The notes: a model not told the origin generated them from the letters alone. A stretch of 63,440 nucleotides of DNA, filler included, from Chiloscyllium plagiosum (GCF_004010195.1; 4 parts of one record of this genome joined end to end with filler, not necessarily neighbours in it), one strand, 5' to 3'; numbered from the whole stretch's first letter, positions 51,170 to 63,440 are shown. Numbers and translations are program-made.

Positions 51170-52900
51170 CCTTAATTGCACTGGATCTGGAATCAAAATG
51201 ACACAGGTTCAGCAGCCTATTGGATTTCTGTTGCTCCAGATGACATTTGAAAGTGGCTGAGTGGGTTGTCGTCTGTAAACACCCCAAACTCTGCACTGAT
51301 CACAATGTCTATTAATATGTGGGAAATAGCCCACCTCAAAGCTAGCAGCTTGAGTTTCATACTGGAGTAATTCCTCATACTCCTCATACATCTCTTGTTT
51401 GACTTGAGATTGATGGGATATAAGCAATTACCACTTTTTTCTGCCTTTGAACCAGTGTCAGCACTGCTCAAAGCCAAGGAAACTGGCATTGGTTTCCAGT
51501 ATAAAAATATGAGTTGGAAATTTGGGCACCTAAAGAAAAACTTCTGCTTGAGGAGAGTGCAAAAGGAGTCTTCACACTTTGGGATCCAATGCCCTGTGAT
51601 GCTCTGTGAAATATGCCATGTACACACTTTCCCAAGAACTACTTCAGCATTCTTTTACTTCTTCAACAAATCACGCAGTGGAGCAGTCAACTAAGTATAG
51701 CCTTGCAAAGCTTCTTATTGTAAACAAACTTGACTAAGACATCCACGCAGTTCCCTCCACATCATGGACTCGGATCATTCCTGCACAACTCAGATGTTTT
51801 CATTAACAAGAAAAATATTACTCCTGACAATGAAGTGAGCAAGGTACTGTACTTTTGTCTGGAAGAGCTGGTACTTCTCTGGTTTGACTTGCAAGTTAAA
51901 TGGCAATAAGCAGGCTAAGATTGTGTCCAGGCTTGCTAGAATCTTGAATGCTGAACTACAGTTGGATGATGTCCAGATACACAAGAAGGGACTGAACAAA
52001 AGTCACCAAAGCCTTTATCATGCTTGAAGGTTGTAGAGGTGTGTCAGAGCACAAACAGCATTCTCACTTATTTGAAAAGTTTCCTGGTGCCTGTTGAATA
52101 TCCTCTTTTCAATGTCTTATTCAACAATAGTAAATGGTTATAACCATGAGCCAGAGTGCTGATATAATTTGCATCCTTGAGAACTTGCAATGCTTCGTCA
52201 ATCATAGGTAAAAGGTAAGCAACCTCATGAAACTTTGCATTGACAGTTGGAACCCAGCATATTTTACCATCAAGCCAGGGGTTCAGGCCTGCTTCAACAC
52301 AGGAATGCATGTCAGAAGCAGCACCAGACATACTTAAAAATAAAGTGCAAACCTGGTGAAGCTACAAAAACAGGACTAAACAGTGTAGAGAGCAAATTTT
52401 AGAGCTAAGCAATTCTACAACAAAGATCTAAAAACTTTGCCACTTCCAGTCATGAATTAAACAACTCACAGGAGGATCTCCACAAGCTCCACAAACCCCA
52501 AGCTATGAGAAAAGTGCGATTGAGTACAGGTAGGGGATATCTAACCCCTGTGTAACAGAGACCCACATGAGGGAAGAGGCATCATCAGTTCACAGTACTC
52601 AGCAAGATGCTAAATGGAAAGAAGTGAGTAATGGTTGACTCCTCCGCTTTTGTGTCAATTAGCCAATGTGTCTGCCAAATTTCACACTCACTCGAAGGCA
52701 AGTCTCCATTGCTCTACATAAAACTAAGCCTCTTGCTGAAGAACCCTCACCTCCTGTCTTTTGTGGATTGGATGGGGTCTCTTGCCTGACGGCAGTTCCG
52801 GCCAAGATCTTTGAGGGTAGTCTCATTTGAAGTGATCATCCTGCCACAAATACAGACTAGCTATGATGATAGAACAGTGAGGACTGTATCTGTGCATTTG
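51170..52900 (-). mobile_element. Degenerate Gypsy internal region (protease, RT, RNase H)
   Basis: LIDTKAEEST (degraded DTG motif, ~52630-52670), AYLLPMIDEAL, KPEKYQLFQTKVQYL, RNYSSMKLKLLALRWAI, VFTDDNPLSH. Confidence 0.8.
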
Positions 52901-52969
52901 TAGTAATCCATTCCACCTGCCTCTTCACCAGAGGTCTACATTCTGTCCGCACTAACTGTTACCTCTGTA

Positions 52970-53292
52970 AGTTAGAATCCCGAAGAGCGTAAACAGTTCA
53001 TTTGCCTTCGAGTCTGCACTGACCTTCCAAAAAGCATCCCACCCAATCCCTCTCCCTGTAACCTGCGATTCCCAAGGCTAATCCACCTCACCTGCACATC
53101 GCTGGACACTACTGGGCAATATTGCATAGCCAATCCTCCCTAAAACTGCACATTCTTGGAGTCTGGGAAGAACCGGAGCATACGGCAGTAACCCTCACAC
53201 ACATGGGGAGAAAGTCACCCAAGGCTGGAATCAAACTGGGCTCCTGATTCTGTGAGGCAGCAGTGTTAACCACTGAGCCATTATGCCACTGT
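52970..53292 (-). mobile_element. HE1-like SINE
   Basis: Reverse-complement tRNA head aaccactgagcca at ~53270-53281. Confidence 0.8.
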
Positions 53293-54759
53293 AAACCTCA
53301 CTTGCAATGACCTCTTTTCTGATCTTAAGTGTTCAACCTTTCCCCATAATCTGGGTGATGTGATTCCTCAGCAGTACTTCAAAGATCTGCTGCAGACTTC
53401 TGAATACCTATACTTCTTCCCAGCATTTCTTAAAAGGCTTTCCTGCACAGATATTCCATCATGAACTTAACTAATTCACTTCAATATATCGTAATATCTA
53501 AATGTACAAGACAATCTGTAACTAACCAGAGATACAGTAAGGATCAGTCTTACAGCAAATTATGGTCCAACATTCAATTAACTAGCTGCAGCTGCTCTCA
53601 GAGAGCTTGTGTATCCTGTTTATGAGCCGAGAAAATAAACTAACTTACTTCTTTTAAACAACAATATGTCTCTATTGGATGATATTTTTGGATAGCTAGT
53701 TGTTAAATTTAAACAAAAAATGTATTTAGAGAAGGATTAACCTATAAGTGCCCCTCAATCAACTAACTCCTGAATTCTCTGTACTCATGCAAAACTCAGT
53801 ACCAAGCATTCTGTAGTTAATTACATAGTTAGCCTGATAATCTCTGTTTTCTGTGTAAGAACACGTTTTTCTTCTTCACCTGCTCCCTCTTCCAAAAGCT
53901 TGCCCTACCCAGTATAATTTCTGTGCATTCTTCTTATCATTTCATAGACTAAAAGGAATGAAAATTATTGCACTCATGTTTGGGAGAAAATGTCATTCTG
54001 AGATGAAAGCATTATAGATTTCCAGGTTTTTCCAAAAGGTCTCACAGTGGTGGACCCCAACATATCTTCAATTAGTGTTACTGCATTATTTTTAAAAAGG
54101 ATATGAAATAGAACATATTGCTTAAGAGATACAAAAGTAAACACATCTCAAATGATGAGGTAATGTTAGGATCACTCACATATGATGTAGCTCATGTGTG
54201 AGTCCTGGATTATATAATACCCTGGCTGATTTTGATTGATAATCTATCTATCTTTTGGCATAGAACTGATAATCTTACAATAGTAATAAAACTAAATTAT
54301 AAATCAAACTTCAAAGTTTATCTGCTGAAAACACATCTACCAAATGGTGTCCTGTTACCGAATCATGATTCAGCAAGTATTAAAAAAAACATACTTATCC
54401 TTGGAGAACTTTTAATTGAAGATTTAGGTAGATAAAGTATGCCATAAATACTTCATCCCTTATTTACCATTGGTTAATAAAGTATTTGAACTATCTCAAT
54501 AAACCTTTAGAATTGCTTTTGAAATTAATAATGTACATAGATTCAACAAGACTTGGCACAATCCAATGCAAATAATAACCATGTAAACATAGCAACAAAT
54601 GCTTAATTCTCATACCAGTTCATCGTTTATTAAAGTTTAATTTTATGTCAAAACAGATTTGAATTTCCAAGAATTAGGTTAAAATATTCAATCGCTTGCA
54701 ACTGTCAGGTTTAACCAGAGTGTGGGTGGGAGAGTGGTGAATACTGCCATATAGTTCAG

Positions 54760-55570
54760 TGTTGAGATGAATGCTGCTTATAAACAGATGAACAAAGTAG
54801 GTTCAAAAACACAATGAGAAATAGTTAAATTACATCAAGTGGATTGAACAAAATAATAGCAGAGTTTAACATGGGTACACATGAAGTGCTCAGATAAAAG
54901 ATAAAAGGGATAACTCTACATGAATTACATTAAAATAGCTATGGTTGAAGCTGAAAGATAACTTTAAGTCTTAGGAAACAACACTAAGCAGTGTGGGACA
55001 TAAAACAGTAAAATAATTTGATGCTAAACTTCACAGACAAAACAGTAGAAAGCAAGTTAAGGGAGATAGTGTTCCAGTCAGGTGACACCTTGAATATTCC
55101 ATCCAGTTCTAGTCGGTAAGAAACAAGAAAAGCACTCAAGGCATTCAAGCATTATTTAAGGGACTAGAGTTATGAGAAAAGACCAAAGGAACTTGGCTTT
55201 TCAGCAAAGCAGGAAAGTGCCTGGAATATAATCATATAAAGTTGAGACATCATGAACAGTAAAAGAAGTTAATCTAGTAAATGCTTTGAAATAAAAATGT
55301 CGGAATAGAGCTAAAGATATAGCTTCAAATTAGAAATGCTAACTTTACAGCAGTTGTCAAAACATTATTCTTCATTTACCAAATGATCATCTTCAACAAT
55401 AAACTTCCAGATAGAGCAGGGAAGGAAAAAGCACTGGAAATGGACATTACAATGTGAGGCAAGAGAGGAGATTCACATTTCTTTATTAGAAATCACATTA
55501 TGATTTCTTTGGAAAGATGAATCAAATTAGTTGAATGGCTTTCTTAATCCAAAATTATTTTATAACCTTG
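54760..55570 (+). mobile_element. Very old CR1 3' remnant
   Basis: acaccttgaatattccatccagttctagtc resembles HLEYCVQFWS. Confidence 0.55.
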
Positions 55571-55679
55571 TAATATCAGCTAATACCTCAATGTCAATTT
55601 CTTTTGACATGGTTTTGGGGAGGAAAGAGTATGAGAAAACAATTTTGTTTTATGTTTTATGTTGAGCACTGTTTTTCAG

Positions 55680-55773
55680 AAAACTCTATGTGGTGCAAGA
55701 AACTGAACATTGAGACATGCATACTTCAGACTGCAGGTTACATTGAAACTATTTCAAATTCCAGTAGATACTG
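55680..55773 (+). CDS. Putative internal (second) coding exon of the host gene
   Basis: Acceptor gtttttcag|, donor TG|gtaaga. Only the phase-1 frame is open ((E)NSMWCKKLNIETCILQTAGYIETISNSSRY), matching the exon 1 phase. Confidence 0.58.
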
Positions 55774-55905
55774 GTAAGACTGAATTGGTGAAGGGGAGGC
55801 AAGAACTTTATATTAATCCTGCATTAACCTTGTGTAAAATCTAAGACTGCTTGCTTAAAATTTAGCATTTTACTTAAAGTTACTGTTTTAAACCTAAAGT
55901 CTCTT

Positions 55906-56090
55906 AGTCCAAAGATGAGCAGGTCAGGTGAATTGGCCATGCTAAATTGCCCATAGTGTTAGGTGCATTAGCCAGGGGTAAATATTGGGTAGGGGAATGG
56001 GTCTGGGTGGGTTATTCTTTGGAAGGTTGGTGTGGACTTGTTGGGCTGAAGGGCCTGTTTCCATACTGTAGGGAATCTAATCTAATCTAA
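55906..56090 (+). mobile_element. HE1-like SINE, 3' half
   Basis: caggtgaattggccatgctaaattgccc...(aatct)n. Confidence 0.85.
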
Positions 56091-56499
56091 GACTAGAGAC
56101 AGGACTGAGCAAACAAATCAAGACCTCTGCTACAGAGCAGGTGAGATCAGCCAAGTAAGTAACTGTCTTAACTGTTATTTGTAATTGCCAGTTAGCAGAC
56201 AGTGATCTGAATGCCAGTAGTATAAATAAGAAAGTTATGTGCTCTGTCTCTGATGGTCTCATGCAGAGTGGTATTATGGCAGGGTTGGTGAAAAGGAGAG
56301 GAATGGATTTTTTTTCAATTTTCTTAATCTATTTATAACCTCAACATCACCAGGAATTGAAAAGTTACATGAGAGGAGTGAATTTTGAGATATTCATGGA
56401 TGACAGCATTTTCTCTCTCCTTTTTCAATTCCTTCCAACTTACATCCATGATTCTTCTGACACTTTATGCTAGTTTCATAACTTCCAGTTTGTGGGCTT

Positions 56500-57968
56500 C
56501 AGCCACCTTCACTTCACTGTGGATATGGAATCCCTTTAATGTCCATCCCCATTTGGATGGTTTCTGCTTCTTCTTGGAAAAAAAGCCTGAACCATCCCCA
56601 TTCATCACCACTCTCCTCTATGTGGCCGAGCTCATCCTCACTTTGAACAATTTTTCTTTAACTCCTTTCACTTTCTTCGGGTCAAAGGTGTGGCCATGTG
56701 TACACATATAGGCACACTGATGACTGTCTGTTTATGGAATATGTGAAAATTTCCTTGTTTCAGTCTTATTCTGGTCCCCACCCACAACTCTTTCTCTAGT
56801 ACATTGATAACATCATCAGTGCTACTTTCTTCTCTTGTCTGGATTCAATTTCTGGGGATAGGCTAGCCACCAATATCCATGGCAAACTCAGTTACCATGA
56901 CTCCCACAGTTACCATGACTATACGTTCTCACACCCTGCTTCCAGTAAAGACTCTATTCCATTCTCTCAGTTTCTTTGTCTCCTCTGCATTTGTTCCAAT
57001 GGTGTCAGCTTCTGCAAGGGGCCTCAAAAATATCCATCTTCTTTCTCAATGGAGGATTACCCAACACCATGGTTGACAGGGCTCTCAGTCCTTTTCAATC
57101 ACCTCCTGCACTTTGGCCCTCATCCCTTCTCTTCCTTCCCACAACGGTGATAGAGTCACCCTGATCCTGATTTACACCCCATCAGCATCCACAACTAAAG
57201 GATCTTCAGCTGCCATTTCTGACACTTTCAAGAGGATGCCACCACTAGACACATATTCCCCACCTTTCCCTTGTCAGCCTTCCTCAGGGATTGTTCCCTC
57301 CAGACACCCTGGTCCACTCCTCCTCTACTCTCAACACCTTCCAATGCTCCCAAACACTTTTCCATGCAATTACAAAAGGTGCTACACCTGCCCATTTACA
57401 TCTTCCCTCCTCTATATCCAAGGGTCCAAACACACTTTCCAGGTCTAGAAGCAATTTACCTACATTTCACTCAATCTAGTCTACTGTGTTTGTTACTCAC
57501 AATGTACTGTCCTCTCCACTGGAGAGACACAACGCAGACCAGGCAACCGCTTTGCAGAACACTGTGTTCTCTGGTAAACATCTTTGTCTCAGGTTTGCTG
57601 CAGTGCTCCAGTGAAGCTCAGCACAAGCTGGAAGAACAGCACCTCTCTTTCCACTTGGGGAGTCAACTGCCTTCAGGACTCAATATTGAGTTCAAACATT
57701 TCAGGACCTGAACACTTTCTTCCTTGTTATTAAACAACCTCCACACATCAAGCTTTGTCATCCTGTTGTCAGCTACAAATGGCTCCAATTAGCAGCAACT
57801 GATACAACCAGACTGATACCCATTTCTTTGTCTGTCGAACTGTGTTCTTTCTCTCTCTGGGTTTTATCTCCATCTCTCTTTTACACTACTCCCTCCCCTC
57901 CACCCTATCTTCAGCATATCTACCAACCTTGCCTAGCCATAAACAGTTCAGAAAACGGGTCAATGAAT
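56500..57968 (+). mobile_element. Degenerate PLE (RT-GIY-YIG-pseudo-LTR)
   Basis: TLLYVAELILTLNNFS, KLEEQHLSFHLGSQLPSGLNIEF. Confidence 0.82.
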
Positions 57969-59271
57969 CCCTTTAGAGGGATGGCAGTGAAGGCAGTGCA
58001 ATGTTCCTCCTGCAACATGTATGAGGTGAGGGATGCCATCGACGTCCCTGCCGATTACACTTGCAGGAAGTGCACCCATCTCCAGCTCCTCCAAGACCGT
58101 GTTAGGGAACTGGAGCTGGAGTTGGATGAACTTCGGATCATTCGGGAGGCAGAGGGGGTCATAGATCAGAGTTATAGGGAAGTAGTAACTCCAAAGATGG
58201 CAGATAGATGGGTGACAGTGAGGGGGACTGGGAGGAAGCAGCCAGTGCAGGGACCCCCTGCGGCCGTTCCCCACAAGAACAAGTATACCGTTTTGGATAC
58301 TTGTGGGGGGGATGACTTACCAGGGGTAAGTAACGGGGCTCAGATCTCTGGCACGGAGCCTGTCCCCGTTACTCAGAAGGGAAGGATGAAGAAGAGCAGA
58401 GCAGTAGTAATTGGGGACTCGATAGTTAGGAGCACAGATAGGCGGTGTTGTGGGAACGAGAGAGACTCACGTTTGGTACGTTCCCTCCCAGGTGCAAGGG
58501 TACGTGATGTCTCTGATCGTGTCTTCCGGGTCCTGGAGGGGGAGGGGGAGCAACCCGAAGTCGTGGTCCACATTGGCACCAACGACATAGGTAGGAGGAG
58601 TGCCGAGGATGTTAGACAGACTTTCAGGGAGCTAGGTTGGAAGCTCAGAGTTAGAACGAACAGAGTTGTTGTCTCTGGTTTGTTACCCGTGCCACGTGAT
58701 AGAGATTCGAGGAATAGGGAAAGAGAACACTTAAATGCGTGGCTACAGGAATGGTGCAGGAGGGAGGGATTCCGGTTTTTGGATAACTGGGGTTCTTTCT
58801 GGGGACGGTGGGACCTCTATAAACAGGATGGTCTACACCTGAACCTGAGGGGCACCAGTATCCTTGGGGGGAGGTTCGCTAGTGCTCTTCGGGGGGGTTT
58901 AAACTAACTCTGCAGGGGCATGGGAACCCAGACTGTAGCTTTAGGGTGCAGGACCTGGAGTGTAGGGAGGTTAGGAACATGGCATAAATTTCCAAGGAGG
59001 GTGTCTGTAAACAGGAAAGTGGCTTGAAGTGTGTATACTTCAATGCAAGAAGTATACGAAATAAGGTAGGTGAACTTGCAGCGTGGGTAGGTACCTGGGA
59101 CTTCGATGTTGTGGCTATTACGGAGACATGGCTAGAACAGGGACAGGATTGGCAGTTGCGGGTTCCAGGATTTAAATGTTTTAGTAGGGACAGAGGTGGG
59201 GGTAAAAGAGGGGGAGGTATGACATTGCTTGTCAAAGATAGTATTACAGAGGTGGAAAGGACGATGGATGA
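57969..59271 (+). mobile_element. Young CR1 5' part; ORF2 APE runs into a gap
   Basis: CVYFNARSIRNK...ITETWL follows ORF1. Confidence 0.92.
57981..58907 (+). CDS. Intact CR1 ORF1 protein (zinc finger/leucine zipper + SGNH esterase), 308 aa
   Basis: CSSC...CRKC, LQDRVRELELELDEL, GDSIVR, PGARV, HIGTND, DGLH; uninterrupted. Confidence 0.92.
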   Translation: MAVKAVQCSSCNMYEVRDAIDVPADYTCRKCTHLQLLQDRVRELELELDELRIIREAEGVIDQSYREVVTPKMADRWVTVRGTGRKQPVQGPPAAVPHKNKYTVLDTCGGDDLPGVSNGAQISGTEPVPVTQKGRMKKSRAVVIGDSIVRSTDRRCCGNERDSRLVRSLPGARVRDVSDRVFRVLEGEGEQPEVVVHIGTNDIGRRSAEDVRQTFRELGWKLRVRTNRVVVSGLLPVPRDRDSRNREREHLNAWLQEWCRREGFRFLDNWGSFWGRWDLYKQDGLHLNLRGTSILGGRFASALRGGLN

Positions 59272-59371
59272 NNNNNNNNNNNNNNNNNNNNNNNNNNNNN
59301 NNNNNNNNNNNNNNNTTAATTAATTAANNNNNNNNNNNNNNNNNNNNNNNNNNNNNNNNNNNNNNNNNNNN

Positions 59372-59707
59372 TCTCCCACCTCACCCCAGCTCCAACCTTT
59401 CAGCTCAGCACCATCCTCATGACCTGTCCTACCTGCCTATCTTCCTTTCCACCTATCCACCCCACCCTCTCCTCTGACCTATCATCTTCATCCCCTCCCC
59501 GACTCACCTATTGTACTCTCTGCTACTTTCTCCACACCCCCACTTCCCTCTCGTTTATCTCCACCCAGCAGGCACTCTGCCTCTATTCCTGATGAAGGGC
59601 TTTTGCCCGAAACGTCAATTTTCCAGCTCCTTGGATGCTGCTGTGCTTTTCCAGCACCACTCTAATCTAGACTCTGGTTTCCAGCATCTGCAGTCCTTGT
59701 TTTTACC
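59372..59707 (+). mobile_element. PLE pseudo-LTR with intact hammerhead core at 59589-59616
   Basis: CTGATGA A GGGC TTTT GCCC GAAA CGTC. Confidence 0.88.
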
Positions 59708-61160
59708 TTCCTATTCATGTACCCATCCAGATGCCTTTTAAATGTTGTAATTGTACCATCCTCCAGCACTTCCTCTGGCAGCTCATTCCAGACACATATC
59801 ATCCTCTGCGTGAAAAAGTTTTCCCTTAGGTCTCTTTTATATCTTTCCCCTCTCACCATAAATGTATGGCCTCTAGTTCTGGACTCCCCCATGAGGGAAG
59901 AGACTTTGTCTATTTATCCTGTCCGTGCCCCTCATGATTTTATAAACCTTTATAAGGTCACCCCTCAGCCTCAGGGAAAGCAACCCCAGCCTCTTTAACT
60001 GATTACTCTTTGAAATGGAGGCATGTGACCAGTGGCGGTCTATTTATCCTGTCCATGCCCCTCATGATTTTATAAACCTTTATAAGGTCACCCCTCAGCC
60101 TCTGACACTCCAGGGAAAGCAATCCCCGCCTCTTTAACTGATTACTCTTTGAAATGGAGGCATGTGACCAGTGGCGTGCCACAACGGTGGGTGCTGAGTC
60201 CACTGCTTTTTGTCATTTATATAAATGATTTAGATGTGAATATAGGAGGCATGGTTAGTAAGTTTGCAGCTGACACCAAAATAGGCGGTGTAGTGGACAG
60301 CGAAGAATGTTACCTGAGAGTACAATGGGACCTGGATCCGATCGGCCAATGGGTCAAGGAGTGACAGTTGGAGTTTAAGTTAGAAAAATGTGAGGTTTAG
60401 GATTTTTGTAAAGCTAACTAGGGCAGGGTCTATATAGTTAATGGTAGGGCCCTGAGGAATGTTGCCAAACAAAGAGACCTAGGTGTGTGGGCAGGTAATT
60501 CCTTGAAAGTGGAGTCGCACATAGTCAGGGTGGTGAAGAAGGCATTCTAACACTTACCTGCATTGGTCAGAACACTAAATCTAGGAGGTGAGATATCATG
60601 TTGCCCTCTGCAGGACATTGGTGAGGCCACTTTTAGAATACTGTGTACAATTCTGGTCACCCTTCAATAGCAAAGATGTTGTTAAACTTCAGAGGGTGCA
60701 GAAAAAATTTACAATGATGTTGCCGTGACTGGAGAATTTGAAATATAGGGAGAGGCTGAAGAGGTTGGAGTATCCCTGGAGTGTCAGATCTTATAGAGGT
60801 TTATAAAACTATGAGGGGCATGGATAGGTTGAATAAGCAAGATCTTTGTCCAAGGTGACAGGGGAAGTTCAAAATTAGAGGGCATAGGTTTCAGATGAGA
60901 GGAGTAAGATTTAAAAGGGACTTGAGGGGTAATTTTCTCACACAGAGGGCGGTGCGTGTATGGAACAAGCTGCCAGAGGAAGTGGTGGAGGCTGGTACAA
61001 TTACAACATTTAAAAGGCATCTGGATGGGTACATGCAGAGAAAGGGTTTAGAGGGACACAGACCAAATGATGGAAAATGGGGCTAGGTCACACTGAGGTA
61101 TCTGGTTGGCATGGATGAGTTGGACCAAAGGTTCTGTTTCTATGCTTTATGACTCTATGA
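59708..61160. mobile_element. CR1 fragments (- then +) with a tandemly duplicated junction
   Basis: Units 59908-60037 and 60038-60176; GVPQRWVLSP, SKFAADTK. Confidence 0.85.
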
Positions 61161-61199
61161 TAGCAAGCACTATCTATCTACCTAACTGTATTGTCTGCT

Positions 61200-61800
61200 T
61201 CCTCAATTATATTGCTTTTAGCTCCCAAACCTGAATGGCCACTGCACAATGGTACTGATGTCAGTTCATTCATCCTCTCTTAAGTCCTTACTGCCATGCA
61301 CACAATGTGTAAGAACATCAAATCTGTTGGACAACTGCAAAGGCTGAGGCTCCTTTCCGATGGTACTGCTTCCATGTCAAAGGTTGTTAAGTTATACAGG
61401 GTAGTACTTAGTATTAGATGAGGAAGCTACAATTAATCAAATTTTAAATAAACTACACATTCCCATGCCCTTAGGTCTTCTTGATCAAAGATCATCACAA
61501 TAGTCACCCATGTCATTGGCCCTAGACACATGACACTATTAGCAGTTTCAAGGTTCTTTAAAATGGCCTCCGGTACACAGGGTCCCTCACTTTTCAAACC
61601 AATTGAGTTCACTCTTGAGTGATGTTCACTGCCAGATGTTCTCCACTCAAGGTCCATGAACTAAATGCCACAGTTCTACAAGCCTTCTTAGCTAGGTTCA
61701 CAACAGCCTTGATGGCAGAGATCATTTCAGCTAATCCCCTTAATAAACTCTGCTATAAGTTCTGGTCAGCTCTGGAAAACTTGAAGAAGTAAAATTGTCC
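61200..61800 (-). mobile_element. Old CR1 ORF1 remnant
   Basis: PQPLQLSNRFDVL-like motif, compare VPISNRYAVL in the ORF1 at 19886-20819. Confidence 0.5.
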
Positions 61801-63075
61801 AAGTCACAATTATTGCCATCTTCTGTCGTTAGCTTTCAGTTCTGTTTTACTGTATTAGGCACAACGTTTATTGTGAAGACACTGTCCATTCCAATGCTGG
61901 AATTCCCTTTTTCTCTCAGCTCTCTTTTGTGTCTGCTAGTCACACAGGTTTTGCATGTTAACTTGCTTCATATTGTTATGGCTTCCAGGTCAAAGGATCA
62001 CTGAGTCACATGGAGCAATACTCCTTATCATTCGAAGGATTATAATTAATCCTTTGAGAATTGATGGACTCTTAAAAACCCTTTTCATCCCTAGAAAAAA
62101 TGATGGATTCACAAATAATTTAAATAAATCACAAATTTTCCTTAACACACTGTTTCAAGGCTAAATGTTGTCATTCTAATTAGGTTTATCTTGTGGTTCT
62201 GTTAAATAATCCATATTGTGGCTCCAATATGGGATTGGGTTTGGGGCTGGGGTTAGAGTTAAGATGGAAGGACAATAGAAAGATAAAGATGGGGACAAGA
62301 TGTGATAACCGGGTTTGGGATTGTAGGATGAGCTGGTGAAATGTGAGGCTTCAGTTTCGTGGCAAACAAGGCAAGTCAAGAACCACATTGTTTGGGATCG
62401 ACATGACTGAAAGGGTTGTTAAGATTCCATCATGTGTGGGATCCGGAGGAGAACTGATCCTTCAAACTTCATTTTCAGTTCAGCAGCCTAAAACCTCATA
62501 CTGAGGTATGTGGTCAGTTTCATGGCCTGCTTTCTGAGTGCAGTTAACACTGGCATCAGCTATTCTGAAGACACATCAGACTCGAGACATTAACTCTGTT
62601 TCTCTCTCCACAGATGCTGCCAGACTAATGAGTTCTCCAGCACTCTCCATTTGTGTTACTATCATGAGCTGCATTGGGGAAGACCATTCTTGAAGTGGTC
62701 GATTCTTATATACAGTGGAACAAATGCATGTTGCAAGTGTATATGCTGGATGCCTTTATCATTCCTTTACTGATGGTGCTGGTGTTTTTCCAGCAGGCAA
62801 TACACAAACCTGCTTCCTCTCTAATATTTTGTAGACTTGGTAGGCCAGTTCATGCCTTAATGAAGAGTGTTGTGCAGCTTAATACTTCAGCCATTAATTT
62901 GGAAATTAACAGAAAATTCTATGTTTATCCGACATTTAGTTTGAACGGCAGACCCTGTTACATCGTCTGTAGAATTTGGAATCATTGTATTAGTGTCATT
63001 AATACAAGCAAAAACTGGCAGCAAAGCATTTATTTTAATTTTAATTTAATGTTTATACACACCTGTAATAGAGTT

Positions 63076-63440
63076 TAGATCAGAGTGGTGCTGGAAAAGC
63101 ACAGCAGGTCAGGCAGCATCCAAGGAGCAGGAAAATCGACATTTCGGGCAAAAGCCCTTCATCAGGAATAGAGGCAGGAAACCTCCGGGGTGGAGAGATA
63201 AATGGTGGTGGGGGGGAGGAATGGGGCTGGGGAGAAGGTAGCAAAGATTACAATAGGTGAATGGGGGTGGGGATGGAGGTGATAGGTCAGGGGGAGGGTG
63301 GAGCGGATACCTGCCAATCTTCCTTCCCACCTATCTGCTCCACCCTCCCCTCTGACCTATCACCTCCCTCCCCCCCCCCCCCCCTATTCATCTATTGTAC
63401 TCTATGCTACTTTCTCCCCCCCCCCCCCCTCCCCTCTTTT
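63076..63440. mobile_element. PLE fold-back element running off the right edge; hammerhead variant at 63138-63165 (-)
   Basis: Minus pseudo-LTR to ~63308, then the + arm begins (acctgccaatcttcc...). Confidence 0.85.

Noticed and set aside
26383..55773. Naming the host gene (COQ3- or SLC30A9-like exon phases were considered)
   Set aside because: Presequence regions are too divergent to identify by eye, so no symbol was assigned.
57828..57980. N-terminal extension of the 359-aa ORF
   Set aside because: It derives from the upstream PLE pseudo-LTR with a non-ATG start; CR1 ORF1 starts at 57981.
62674..63078. 134-aa ORF or possible exon 3
   Set aside because: No homology, and the acceptors tried give stops in the required phase-2 frame.

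Overview
Repeat-dominated vertebrate DNA, most likely from a shark (inferred from HE1-type V-SINEs, elasmobranch-like CR1 LINEs and Penelope-like elements). It is not prokaryotic. Most of the window is nested retroelements: many CR1 copies (one with an intact zinc-finger/esterase ORF1), the 5' end of an apparently young L1 with an open ORF1, Penelope-like elements (PLEs), Rex1/Babar, RTE, L2-like LINEs, degenerate Gypsy, two solo LTRs and several SINEs. A CpG-rich promoter and two phase-compatible exons (26383-26497, 55680-55773) point to a + strand host gene whose protein starts with a mitochondrial-type presequence. The most notable signal is about 15 PLE-derived segments, many carrying minimal hammerhead ribozyme cores (CTGAnGA-stem II-GAAACGTH). 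Several sit in small fold-back insertions with 12-15 bp target-site duplications (TSDs). One has captured flanking DNA in inverted orientation, and one appears to have replaced another family's ribozyme. Family names come from motif recognition only; no searches were run, and boundaries of old repeats are approximate.
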